DNA of 64,000 nucleotides. It comes from an uncultured Gammaproteobacteria bacterium (GTDB taxonomy: Bacteria > Patescibacteriota > Microgenomatia > Daviesbacterales > UBA10151). The stretch spans positions 117,873 through 181,872 of the forward strand of contig CAYNFQ010000001.1 in the NCBI GenBank assembly GCA_964396715.1, given 5' to 3'. The notes under the pieces were generated by a model that was given only the letters and a program-made list of their open reading frames with translations, was not told the origin of the DNA and did not search any database. Of this stretch, positions 1 through 9,393 are shown piece by piece (the first letter of the stretch is position 1; each line of letters starts with the position of its first letter). A program made the position numbers and the translations under genes.

Positions 1-868
1 TTGGGAATATAATTAGTATGCTTAAAGTAAAGAATAGACCAACGGCAACTAAACTATGAATGAATAAAATGAATCCGTCAATTGTAGCGGGTGCTCCAAA
101 ATGATCAAACCCCCAAGCAGTTTTAGGTAATTGTCCTAGCCAATGAACTACCCCCTCTGAAATATTTGGAAAAGTTATATTAATCGGCCAAGCTAGAATA
201 AAACCTCCAAGAGAGATAAATCCTATCAAAGGGATAACAATAGATGAAATTAAGATATAGATTTTATTTTCTTTAAAGAGAAATATGTTGGAGATTATTT
301 GGCCTATTGAAAAAAGGACTAGAAACGACAAAATTGCATATAAGAAATTATTATATCCGCCTGTAAGAACTCTGGAGGCTCCCAAAAATTCTGCCACACC
401 GATGTGGTAATAAGCAAGGTAATCAGGTTGCCAGGGTGTATGCATAGGGTAATCACCTCTTATGAAAGATGAGGAAAGTGAATAATGCATGGTTGAATCA
501 GCGCTAATTGAACCACCGCTTGTAGCAGTAATAATAATCAAAAAAATAGACCAAAAAGAAATTGAAATAAGCCATAAAAATAGAGAAGAATTTTTTGGAA
601 AATTAATTTTTTCTACTGGAAAATTATACTTAATTAACCAGGCAATGATGATTTCCGCAATCAGGCTGATATAAAATCCTGGAGGGCCTTTAATCAGGTG
701 TACTACAGCATTAATTAGGAAAATATAAAAAGCGATTCCCAATATAATCCCCGAAGGGATAACTATTTGCGCTCTAGTTTCGTTGACAACTCTTTTAAGA
801 ATGGTAATTCCACAGATAATCAGTACGGAAAAAAACAAAATGGTTTTAAAATATACTAAAAATTCCAT
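1..868 (-). CDS. Partial (N-terminal ~289 aa) polytopic membrane protein, family-A paralog of 870..3143 and 5314..7656; start ATG at 868-866, runs off the window start
   Basis: Manual reverse-strand translation gives MEFLVYFKTILFFSVLIICGITILKRVVNETRAQIVIPSG...HTPWQPDYLAYYHIGVAEFLG, collinear with N-termini of the two downstream paralogs (shared ITxTS, RGDxPxHTPWQPDY motifs); not in ORF track because no stop inside window. Confidence 0.6.
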   Translation of the reverse strand, partial: MEFLVYFKTILFFSVLIICGITILKRVVNETRAQIVIPSGIILGIAFYIFLINAVVHLIKGPPGFYISLIAEIIIAWLIKYNFPVEKINFPKNSSLFLWLISISFWSIFLIIITATSGGSISADSTMHYSLSSSFIRGDYPMHTPWQPDYLAYYHIGVAEFLGASRVLTGGYNNFLYAILSFLVLFSIGQIISNIFLFKENKIYILISSIVIPLIGFISLGGFILAWPINITFPNISEGVVHWLGQLPKTAWGFDHFGAPATIDGFILFIHSLVAVGLFFTLSILIIFP

Positions 869-869
869 T

Positions 870-3143
870 TTAATTTGTGCTCCATAATTTTAAACCATTG
901 CCAAAGCCTTCCCATATTACCTCGGGGTCACAATTACAAATACTCTTAGGGTCCTTCCCCTGTCTCAAAATCAGATAGTCATAGTGATCTAAATTACCAA
1001 GTATTGGTATTTTTCCCTCAATTCTACTCCAATAGTTGTGGGCACCATAAATATCTCTTTCTCTTAACGTCATCACCATGGCTCGATAAAATTCAATTGA
1101 GTCTTGGTCAATGTAAATTGATCCATCTGATGGAGCTATTCTTGCTAGTTCCTCTAAAGTGCCGCTTAGGGTTTGAGAATTTTCTATATAAGAGGGTAGT
1201 ACCTTTAGGATTGTTTCCGTTGGATCGGAGTAAACTTTTTGAAAATAATCCGGATTTAACAGATCCTGTTTTCTTAAATTAGGCAGGCTGGAGTAATAAA
1301 AGTTATTGATCATTAAATATTCTACCTTGAGGTTTTTTAGTATTCCAGGATTTAAAGTGTAGTATAAATCCACATATGATGGACCTGCATCAAAATTTTC
1401 ATATGCTCTTAAATCAGGGCCAAAAACAGGGGTAAAAACTCCAATCTGTGTTGCCAAATCCATATTGGTTGAGGGAATAGTATTCCCATCAGTTAAGGCA
1501 ACAATTCTTTTCTCCACAGGTAAATTATTTTTTATCCACTCAAAGCTGGGTCTTTTGATTTCTTGAACAATTTTAAACCAAGATAAATCCGATCTTCTGG
1601 GAAAAAGCCTGGCAAATGGTGGAACCAAAGAAAATATTAATATCCAAAGGATCAAAATTTTTAAAACTATGTATTTTTTGCCTTGATGGCTTAACCACCA
1701 ATTTATGATAAAAAATCCAATGCCTATTCCTGATAATTGATATGAAATTGCCAGGAATCTCCATCCATTTGTATGGAACAGTTTTGGCACCAACCCATGG
1801 TAGGCAATCAATGCTGAAAGGGAAGAAATGAGTATTAATGCTAAAATAGTATTAAATTCATAATCTTTTTTTTTAGTTAAGTAAAATACAACAATAATAA
1901 GAAGGGCAAGGAGTTGCCAAATAATACCTATCTGCAACCATCTAAAAGGTTGGAACCTAGGAAGATCTTCAAATAAAGTGGATGCTTGTGAATGCAATCT
2001 AAGACTTCTGAAATTCTCATAAGGATTATTTGGATTATCAGCGGGGAATATTAATATTCCTGAGCCCGTGTGGTATCTATTCAATATAGCTTCTTTGATT
2101 ATTCCGCCCTGAAAAGAAATGATAAACAAAATAGCTAGAGTAGTTAATATCCATAATTTAATTTTTCTTTCAAAGCAAAAAAAGGATACCAAAAATATGG
2201 CAGGTAATATAGAAATTAAAACTGATTCATCAAGCAAAGCAATCGATGCGATCGAAATTATAAGAACAAGGCTAGTTAATAGATTTTTCCTATTGGGATA
2301 CAAAAGGAGAGGAATTAAGCTTAAAAAAATTGAAGTAGAGACTAACCTATGCAATATATAAATTAAGGGATCTAGAAATCCCGCCGAAGCATTAGAAATC
2401 TCAATACTTGGTAGCTTATTTAGCCAGTTTAAAATTCCATTATCAAGATTAGGAAGTGCAAGTTTGCTTGGCCAGACTATCATAAACGCTCCCAAGGAAA
2501 TAAAGCCTATAAAACCCGACAGTGAAAACAATAAAATATTAGAAGATTTTTTAGAAAATAAAATCCAGGTTATGATTTGGATAGAGCAAAATAAAGAGAT
2601 AAGTGCTAAAACAGCATGTATAAAATGATATGAACCTCCAGTTAGAAACCTAACCGCTGCCAGAAGTTGAGAAATGCCTAAATGGGAATAGCTCACATAA
2701 TCAGGTTGCCAGGGAGTATGTATTGGAAAATCTCCTCTTAAAAAAACAGAAGCCTGAGTAAAATAAAAAGTATTATCAGATCCATTAAAGGGGGATGTAT
2801 TGGTAATAATAAGAAAAAATGCACCCCAAAAAAATAAGGTAACAAACCAAGCAATCCTTTGTTTTCCTTGAGGAAATTCTAGTGGATTGGTTTTAATAAG
2901 CTTTACTATGATAAAGGTCAGAAGTAGTTGGATTATTACAGCCGAATAAAATAGTGGCCAGCCTTTTATAAAATGCGCTGAAAAATTTATTAAAAATAAA
3001 AATAGCGATATTCCAAACAAACAACCGGCTGGTAATATGATTTCTGCTCTTCGGGTAGATAACACTCTTTTTGTGATTGTAATTCCACAGTATAGTAGGA
3101 TGGAAAACAAAATTAGTGTTTTAAAGTAAATATACAAAGTCAT
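870..3143 (-). CDS. Polytopic membrane protein (family A), ~12 N-terminal TM helices plus C-terminal soluble domain; possible GT-C-type glycosyltransferase
   Basis: 757-aa ORF; hydrophobic N-terminal two thirds; motifs ITNTSPFNG, HTPWQPDY, HTNGWRFL, RLFPRRSDLSW, LTDGNTIPSTNMDLATQIG shared with 5314..7656. Confidence 0.7.
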   Translation of the reverse strand: MTLYIYFKTLILFSILLYCGITITKRVLSTRRAEIILPAGCLFGISLFLFLINFSAHFIKGWPLFYSAVIIQLLLTFIIVKLIKTNPLEFPQGKQRIAWFVTLFFWGAFFLIITNTSPFNGSDNTFYFTQASVFLRGDFPIHTPWQPDYVSYSHLGISQLLAAVRFLTGGSYHFIHAVLALISLFCSIQIITWILFSKKSSNILLFSLSGFIGFISLGAFMIVWPSKLALPNLDNGILNWLNKLPSIEISNASAGFLDPLIYILHRLVSTSIFLSLIPLLLYPNRKNLLTSLVLIISIASIALLDESVLISILPAIFLVSFFCFERKIKLWILTTLAILFIISFQGGIIKEAILNRYHTGSGILIFPADNPNNPYENFRSLRLHSQASTLFEDLPRFQPFRWLQIGIIWQLLALLIIVVFYLTKKKDYEFNTILALILISSLSALIAYHGLVPKLFHTNGWRFLAISYQLSGIGIGFFIINWWLSHQGKKYIVLKILILWILIFSLVPPFARLFPRRSDLSWFKIVQEIKRPSFEWIKNNLPVEKRIVALTDGNTIPSTNMDLATQIGVFTPVFGPDLRAYENFDAGPSYVDLYYTLNPGILKNLKVEYLMINNFYYSSLPNLRKQDLLNPDYFQKVYSDPTETILKVLPSYIENSQTLSGTLEELARIAPSDGSIYIDQDSIEFYRAMVMTLRERDIYGAHNYWSRIEGKIPILGNLDHYDYLILRQGKDPKSICNCDPEVIWEGFGNGLKLWSTN

Positions 3144-3203
3144 AACTAGTTTAAATTAACAATAAAAAGATAATCCATACATTATTTAGCTTTGAGCGAT
3201 TCT

Positions 3204-3953
3204 TTATTTTTTGATTACTGCCAATAACGATATGCCAAAAGGATAATTTATAAATTTACTAAATGCTATTTCTGTTTTAAATATTGTGAGCAATATTTTA
3301 TTGATTATTCTGATTTTAGCTAAGTTAAAATTTAACTGGGAATCATGCTCTCCTAATCCCTTGAATAGACTAATCTTGGATAAAAATCTTATTATTACTA
3401 TGGGAAAAGAAAGTAGAAAATTAAAAAAGACCATATTTAGTATTTTTAGGTTAGCATTTTCTGCCAAAGATTCAATTTCATCTCTCCTGTACCTTCTATG
3501 GTGATTTTGCATGCTATCATGTTGAGACCAAATTATAGGGAGCGCAGGGACGGTTATTATTATAAGACCATTTTTTTTTAGTACACGTTTAGCTTCCTTA
3601 ATTGCTAACTCGTCATTTTCAATATGTTCTAAAACATCTAAGAAAACAACTACATCAAACATGCGGTTCCTATAAGGTAATTTACATGCATTTGCCAATT
3701 TTACCTTCTTTGCCCCCTTTTTTTTACAGTAGTCAATTGCTAGTTTCATATTGTCTATTCCGTGAACATTGCCGAAATTGGATAAAAATTTAATATTGCT
3801 ACCTGTACCACAACCTATATCTAAAATAACTACATCTTCTAGTTTTTTTTGTAGAAATTTCTTAAAAATTTTGCTAAGAATTTGTCTTCTTCCCTCAAAC
3901 CACCAATGAAAATCTTCAATCTCGGTAAATTTATCAATTAAATAAGCGTTCAT
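3204..3953 (-). CDS. Class I SAM-dependent methyltransferase
   Basis: Motif I VILDIGCGTGSN, acidic loop, LDVLEHI motif; 249 aa. Confidence 0.8.
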   Translation of the reverse strand: MNAYLIDKFTEIEDFHWWFEGRRQILSKIFKKFLQKKLEDVVILDIGCGTGSNIKFLSNFGNVHGIDNMKLAIDYCKKKGAKKVKLANACKLPYRNRMFDVVVFLDVLEHIENDELAIKEAKRVLKKNGLIIITVPALPIIWSQHDSMQNHHRRYRRDEIESLAENANLKILNMVFFNFLLSFPIVIIRFLSKISLFKGLGEHDSQLNFNLAKIRIINKILLTIFKTEIAFSKFINYPFGISLLAVIKK

Positions 3954-4030
3954 AGGTATTTTAATATCATAAAAAGGTCAAATAAAATTTTAACATAGCT
4001 TTTTTAGATACAAAGCCATCTTAGTAAATT

Positions 4031-5359
4031 CTAGACGATTATTTCTCTAGAGATAATTTCTGCTATGGCCCCCCCCATTTCTATTGCATAGTTTGTTCCT
4101 CTGTCCCAGGGATAAACCATATCCAAATTAGCCAGATAAACATTTTTTAAAGGAGTTTTAAATGTAGGGATTAAATCTTTGTAGTTTGTGGTGACAATGG
4201 GTTGGGCAAAGGGGCCGACAAATTTGTGATAAGTGATAAGTGATAAGTGATAAGTTGGGTTGATTTTTTTAAGATATGGATCAAATTTTTTCAAAATTGA
4301 CTTGGCGGTCATTTTTAAAAACGGATGATCAGATGGTAAGTAATTACCAATATAAATAATGTGCTTCCCCCCATAATGTTTGGGATCCATGAAGTTGGTG
4401 TGTTCTGCAATTATCAAAAATGGGAAGCTGCTGTCAGTGATATTTAACCAGTAAGTTTTTTCCATAAACGGTTTTTTGAGAACCAGAATTAAAACTAAAG
4501 CATGAAGATGGGGGATGGAGCATATTTTTTTAACATATGTTTTTGGAAGATTTGTTGTTATTTTAGCAAAAATGGGGGATGGCAGTGTAATTATTGCTTT
4601 ATCAAAAATGAGTTTTTTAGCACCAGTTTTTATCCTAACATTTTTTCCCGCGGATAACGAGGTAACTGATGTGCCAGTCAAAATTTCTCCTCCCATTTTT
4701 TTAATTTCCTCCCCAAGTCTGTCGGCAAAAGCTTTAAACCCTCCTTCCGGATAAGCAAGCCTTGGAGTTCTTTTTTTAATTCTTGCCCAAAACCAGGATA
4801 ATGCAATATTATCTTTGTAAGAGCCGAACTTTCCGGAAAATAACGGCTCCCACAGCATTTTAGCAGCCCTCTCCCCCATAAAACGCTTAATCCAGGATAA
4901 AGCAAATTTATTTTCAAATTTATCGTAACGGTTGATTAATTTTAGGTACAAAAGGGAAATTCCAACACGCAAACGGTCAATAATTGGGAGCGGAATAAAT
5001 GTTAAAAGAGATTTAGGGCTATCAAAAGGGAATCGCTTACCGTTTACTAAAACATCTGTAGACGGTCTTTTAATTATAACTTTATGTCTCAATTCCCTTG
5101 TTAGATTAAAAGCTGCCTGATCATTAGTAAACCAGTGATGATAGGCTTTCTCCAGTGTCCACCGCCATTTGGGATTTGAAAATCCAATAGCCAGACCGCC
5201 AAGTTCGGATTCTTTTTCAAAAATAGTCACCTTGTAGCCTTTTTTTAGCAAGGTGTATGCGGCTGATAAACCTGTGAAGCCTGCCCCAAGAATTGCAACT
5301 TTATCGGCCCTTTTCATTTTGTTTTCCATAAATTTACTCTTCCGTCCAATCCTGACCAC
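4031..5359 (-). CDS. FAD/NAD(P)-binding oxidoreductase (amine-oxidase/protoporphyrinogen-oxidase/UGM-like superfamily)
   Basis: N-terminal Rossmann dinucleotide motif VAILGAGFTGLSAAYTL...EKESELGGL; 442 aa. Confidence 0.65.
   Translation of the reverse strand: MVRIGRKSKFMENKMKRADKVAILGAGFTGLSAAYTLLKKGYKVTIFEKESELGGLAIGFSNPKWRWTLEKAYHHWFTNDQAAFNLTRELRHKVIIKRPSTDVLVNGKRFPFDSPKSLLTFIPLPIIDRLRVGISLLYLKLINRYDKFENKFALSWIKRFMGERAAKMLWEPLFSGKFGSYKDNIALSWFWARIKKRTPRLAYPEGGFKAFADRLGEEIKKMGGEILTGTSVTSLSAGKNVRIKTGAKKLIFDKAIITLPSPIFAKITTNLPKTYVKKICSIPHLHALVLILVLKKPFMEKTYWLNITDSSFPFLIIAEHTNFMDPKHYGGKHIIYIGNYLPSDHPFLKMTAKSILKKFDPYLKKINPTYHLSLITYHKFVGPFAQPIVTTNYKDLIPTFKTPLKNVYLANLDMVYPWDRGTNYAIEMGGAIAEIISREIIV
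4226..4253. repeat. Perfect heptanucleotide tandem repeat (GTGATAA)x4 inside the oxidoreductase CDS (encodes TYHLSLITYH on minus strand)
   Basis: Read directly: gtgataagtgataagtgataagtgataag. Confidence 0.9.
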
Positions 5360-7656
5360 AGTAATTCAGCCTGGCAATGGCAGATTGATTGAATGTCTAA
5401 ATTATGACCGCCTACAATATAATCATAATGATCTGAACTGATGCCGTAAAAAGGGATATTAATGCTCAATCTGCTATTCCAATAATCTGTTACCCCATAA
5501 AATTTCCTGTCACGTAATATTAAAAGAAGAGGTCTGTACAGGTCGAAAAATTCCTGAGCTGATTTATGATCTATAAAAAAACTTCCCTTTTTCGGTAGTA
5601 TTTTTTCGAGTTCCTCTAAAGTACCCTTCAGATTCTTGCCCTCTTCTAAATATTTAGGCAGTATCTTTACTATTACTTCTCCCGACGGGTCATTTAAGAC
5701 TGGTTGAAAAAACTCACTATTAAATATGTCAGACTTTCTTACTTGGGATAATTGAGATAGATAAAGGTTATCTATTATCAAATAAGAAGGTTTAAGTTTC
5801 TTAAGTGAATTTGGATTTAAAGTATAGTAAAGATCGATATAAGTGGGGCTTATATCAAATCCGTCGTAATTACGGATATCATCGGGCCAAATAGGGGTAT
5901 AAGCTCCAATTTGTTTGACGAGATTCATATTGGAAGAAGGAGTAGGGTTGTCATCGGTTAATGCCAATATTCTTTCGGAAATTGGGATGTTTTGTTTTAC
6001 CCATTCGTAAATTTGTTTTTTCGGTTCAGGTCGTACTGTGATCCATGAGAGATCGGGACGTCTTGGGAAAAGACGCAAGAAGGAGGGAACAAAGGAAAAA
6101 ATCAAAATCCACACAATAAGAAATTTCAAAAAGAAAAATTTTCTTGGAATTTTGCCCCAAAAAAATATTAAAGAGAAACCCACACCAATACCCGCCAGTT
6201 TATATGATAAAAATAAAAACCGCCAGCCATTAGTATGAAAAGGGTTTGGAACTATAATATGGAAAGCAAGAAAGGCGCCTAAAGAGGAAAAAAACATTAT
6301 CAAAATCATAAGTTTTAGTCTTTTTTCTTCCTCATTGTTTTCTTTTTTGGTAAATAATGTAACGTAGGAAGACATAAACAGCAGAAAACCCAGTAGCCAG
6401 ATAATTCCCACTCTAAACCACCTGAATGGTTGCAATGTTGCTAAATCATCATATAGATATGAAGATTGATATGCCAGTCTCCAGCTTCTAAATTTCTCAA
6501 AAGGATTTTCCCTATCCCCAGGCAAAATTAATGTTCCGGAACCCATTTTGTAGCGGTCTAATAGAACCTCTGTGACAGTGCCGCCTTGAATTGCTATTGT
6601 AGCAATTGATAAAAGTACGAAAATGGTTAAGGGGAGCAATCTTCTAAATGTAAATATTGCTATAAAAAAGACCGCTGGCATTGCGGGGATTAATACTGAT
6701 TCATCGGTTAATGCGATTGTTGCAAGAAAGATAACTAAGGTACCTATTGAGATAAGATATTTTTTATTTTCTGATGGAGATAAAAGAACCGGAAGTAAGC
6801 CAATAAAAAAAGACATGGCAGTGACTCTTTGCAGGAAAAGAATGACTGCATCTATTGAAATATAGTCAAGATAGCCAAGGTAAGGAAATTGCGGAGGATT
6901 TGGCATTTCCAAAGCAGGCAGTGATGTTAACCAGTTAACCAAACTGCCATTTATATCAGGTAAAGCTATTTTGGCAGGCCAGGCAAGCATGAAACTGCCT
7001 ACGGAGATAATACCTGCAAAAGGAGGAATAGATAAAATAAGGAAGGACCGGAAACTTTTTGTTTTTTTAAAATCTAAAAGCCAAGTTAGGATTTGACTGC
7101 AAGAAAACAAAGCAAGAAACGCTATGAATGCTTGAATAAAATAATAATTAGCGCCTGTTAAAATCTTAAAAGACCCCAAAAGTTGTGAGGCACCCAAATG
7201 AAGAAAGGCAATATAGTTTGGCTGCCATGGGGCGTGTAGCGGTAAACCCTCTCTAGTAAAGAGGGCTGCAAAGGATTGATATTCAGTATCATGTCCTCCG
7301 TTAAAAGGTGAGGTATTTGTGATAATAAAGAGCAGGACTCCCCAGAAAACAGCTGAAATTATCCAAAATAGCCTTAATGTTTTAGTTGGAAACTCCAGCG
7401 GTTGCACCTTTTGTTTTATATGAATAATTAAAGCTAGGATTATTTCTACTGCTAAACTTATATAAAAAAGGGGTGATCCTTTTATAAAATAGGCAAAGGC
7501 ATTAGTCAAAAAAAGATATAGTGAGAGGCCAAAAATAAGCGCGGTAGGTGCAAGTATTTGTAAACGGTTATCTTTAGTTGCTCTTCTGATAATGGCCATT
7601 CCGCTTAAGAAAATAATTAATGTAAAAATTAAAGTTTTAAGGTATATAAAAAGCAT
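5314..7656 (-). CDS. Polytopic membrane protein (family A paralog); start trimmed to Met98 of the 877-aa ORF by alignment with the 870..3143 paralog
   Basis: MLFIYLKTLIFTLIIF aligns with MTLYIYFKTLILFSIL; trimming also removes the head-to-head overlap with the divergent GT2 gene; motifs ITNTSPFNG, HAPWQPNY, HTNGWRFL, RLFPRRPDLSW, LTDDNPTPSSNMNL. Confidence 0.7.
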   Translation of the reverse strand: MLFIYLKTLIFTLIIFLSGMAIIRRATKDNRLQILAPTALIFGLSLYLFLTNAFAYFIKGSPLFYISLAVEIILALIIHIKQKVQPLEFPTKTLRLFWIISAVFWGVLLFIITNTSPFNGGHDTEYQSFAALFTREGLPLHAPWQPNYIAFLHLGASQLLGSFKILTGANYYFIQAFIAFLALFSCSQILTWLLDFKKTKSFRSFLILSIPPFAGIISVGSFMLAWPAKIALPDINGSLVNWLTSLPALEMPNPPQFPYLGYLDYISIDAVILFLQRVTAMSFFIGLLPVLLSPSENKKYLISIGTLVIFLATIALTDESVLIPAMPAVFFIAIFTFRRLLPLTIFVLLSIATIAIQGGTVTEVLLDRYKMGSGTLILPGDRENPFEKFRSWRLAYQSSYLYDDLATLQPFRWFRVGIIWLLGFLLFMSSYVTLFTKKENNEEEKRLKLMILIMFFSSLGAFLAFHIIVPNPFHTNGWRFLFLSYKLAGIGVGFSLIFFWGKIPRKFFFLKFLIVWILIFSFVPSFLRLFPRRPDLSWITVRPEPKKQIYEWVKQNIPISERILALTDDNPTPSSNMNLVKQIGAYTPIWPDDIRNYDGFDISPTYIDLYYTLNPNSLKKLKPSYLIIDNLYLSQLSQVRKSDIFNSEFFQPVLNDPSGEVIVKILPKYLEEGKNLKGTLEELEKILPKKGSFFIDHKSAQEFFDLYRPLLLILRDRKFYGVTDYWNSRLSINIPFYGISSDHYDYIVGGHNLDIQSICHCQAELLWSGLDGRVNLWKTK

Positions 7657-7738
7657 ACCCTGATACATTATCAAAAAGGTTATGCTTAGTAAAGCTATTG
7701 TTGTAAGCAATTTCACAACTTCAGTTATAATTAGTAAT
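7657..7738. promoter_or_regulatory. Divergent intergenic region between family-A membrane protein gene and GT2 gene; probable bidirectional promoter
   Basis: Only non-coding gap between divergently oriented genes; AT-rich. No consensus elements confirmed. Confidence 0.25.
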
Positions 7739-8455
7739 ATGAAAAATGATTTGAAACAAATGGCTGGGGTGTCTTTAATTATTCCCGTTTTAGATGAAGA
7801 AAAAACTTTAACCGATATAATTTCCAAATGCTCAAAAGAGACAGTAGTGAAACAGCTCGTTATTGTAAATGATGGTTCAACAGATAAGACTAAAAATATC
7901 CTGGATAGATTAAGCAGTGAGAATAAGAATAGTAGGCCTCTTATCACGGTTACTCATCATTCAAAGAATTTAGGGAAAGGTGCAGCTATTAAAACTGGGT
8001 TAACTAGAGTTTTAGGAAAATATGTCATGGTTCAGGATGCGGATTTGGAATATTCTCCTGATGAAATTAAATACCTGTTTAATGAGGCGAAAAAAGAAAA
8101 CAGAATTGTTTTTGGCACAAGATCTCATCATAAAAAAAAGGGTTATCTTCTTGCCCAACTTGGTAACTGGTATTTAAATGTAATGTTTAATTTATTATTT
8201 GGTTACAGTTTAACAGACAGCTATACTTGTTATAAATTGATCCCCCAGACTATTTGGAAAAAAATGAATCTTGTATCAAATGGGTTTGAAATTGATGCCG
8301 AATTAATTTCTAAACTGGGTGTAAATGGTTATAAAATTAAAGAAATTCCTATATCATATTTTCCCAGAAAATATTCAGAGGGTAAAAAAATTAAGTGGTT
8401 GGATCTTTTTAAAGCAACTGCAGTAGCACTAAGGATTCGTTTTAGTCATTTGTAA
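7739..8455 (+). CDS. GT2 glycosyltransferase, polyprenyl-phosphate sugar synthase type (DPM1/ArnC-like)
   Basis: SLIIPVLDEE...VIVNDGSTDKT, DxD motif QDADLEY, C-terminal amphipathic tail; start could be 7682, 7739 or 7760; paralog of 51785..52525. Confidence 0.75.
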   Translation: MKNDLKQMAGVSLIIPVLDEEKTLTDIISKCSKETVVKQLVIVNDGSTDKTKNILDRLSSENKNSRPLITVTHHSKNLGKGAAIKTGLTRVLGKYVMVQDADLEYSPDEIKYLFNEAKKENRIVFGTRSHHKKKGYLLAQLGNWYLNVMFNLLFGYSLTDSYTCYKLIPQTIWKKMNLVSNGFEIDAELISKLGVNGYKIKEIPISYFPRKYSEGKKIKWLDLFKATAVALRIRFSHL

Positions 8456-9393
8456 TGTTTTAAAGCTACCGCTTGGCCATTATTTTCTACAGATTGTTCT
8501 ATTGCAGAGAGCACTTTTACTACTTTAACCCCAAAATTTATATCCGATGTAATTTTTTTGAAACCCTGAATTGCTTTTACAAACTCCGATAATTCTTCGG
8601 TTAATGCTGAATCAGGCTTATATTTTGGATACTCTGGAGGCGTATCCATTTTATGTAATAAGATTTTTTGATCTGTAGTATTTGTAAAATCTAACTCTAA
8701 TTTTTCGCTTCCCCCCTTAACTATTAGTCTTCTAACCTTGTGAGATCCAAACCAACTAATACGAATTGTTGATTTGATACCGTTGATAAAATAGATTAAA
8801 GCTTCAACGCTATCGTATAGGGTGTTTCCGGCTTTTTTTGAACCGGTTGCACTTACTTTTAATATTGGATATTTGACTAAATCAAGTAGTAAAGAAACCG
8901 GATGAGGTCCCCAGTCCCAAATAACGGAAACATCTTTTCTGACAGGGCTGCTCGTACCCTCAAAAAATATTGACTTGACTTTTTTAATCCGTTTAAACTT
9001 TTTTCTAAATACCTGATATGCAGGGTTATATAAATATAGGTGCCCTATTAAAACCTTCGGTTTTTTCATTTGCCAGATTTTTTTAAGCTGTAAAGCCTGA
9101 TCGTAACTTATTGCCAGCGGTTTTTCTATCAATAAATTGCACCCTAAAGATAAAAGTTGATTGGCTATAGCAAAATGTGTACTTGCAGGGCTTGCAATGA
9201 TAAAACCGTCTACCCCTCTTTTTTTAAGCAAATTTTTAACAGATAGTATTTGAATGTATGTATCAGGCAAAAGATCTAATGTTTTCTTACTTCGCGCGCA
9301 AATATATTTGATTTTAACATTGGCTAAAGTGGTAGCGGTATTCAGATAATTTTTACCCCATTTACCTACACCAATAAGCGCTAGAGTAATCAT
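8446..9393 (-). CDS. Gfo/Idh/MocA-family NAD(P)-dependent sugar oxidoreductase
   Basis: N-terminal ALIGVGKWGKNY Rossmann, EKPLA motif; 1-nt TAATG overlap with upstream gene. Confidence 0.75.
   Translation of the reverse strand: MITLALIGVGKWGKNYLNTATTLANVKIKYICARSKKTLDLLPDTYIQILSVKNLLKKRGVDGFIIASPASTHFAIANQLLSLGCNLLIEKPLAISYDQALQLKKIWQMKKPKVLIGHLYLYNPAYQVFRKKFKRIKKVKSIFFEGTSSPVRKDVSVIWDWGPHPVSLLLDLVKYPILKVSATGSKKAGNTLYDSVEALIYFINGIKSTIRISWFGSHKVRRLIVKGGSEKLELDFTNTTDQKILLHKMDTPPEYPKYKPDSALTEELSEFVKAIQGFKKITSDINFGVKVVKVLSAIEQSVENNGQAVALKHYK

Noticed and set aside
489-674. Plus-strand 61-aa ORF from the ORF track
   Set aside because: Lies antisense within the reading frame of the partial family-A membrane protein (1..868, minus), which is strongly supported by paralog alignment
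3571-3579. T9 homopolymer (A9 on coding strand) in methyltransferase gene, and similar run at 1861-1870
   Set aside because: Reading frames pass through them intact (KKN, KKK codons); unlike the 32075-32083 run there is no evidence of disruption, and long A/T runs are expected at this base composition
4021-4050. Two tctaga palindromes flanking cgattatttc near the 3' end of the oxidoreductase gene (possible terminator)
   Set aside because: Stem is only the self-palindromic hexamer, no following T-tract on the transcribed strand, and the downstream methyltransferase appears co-transcribed
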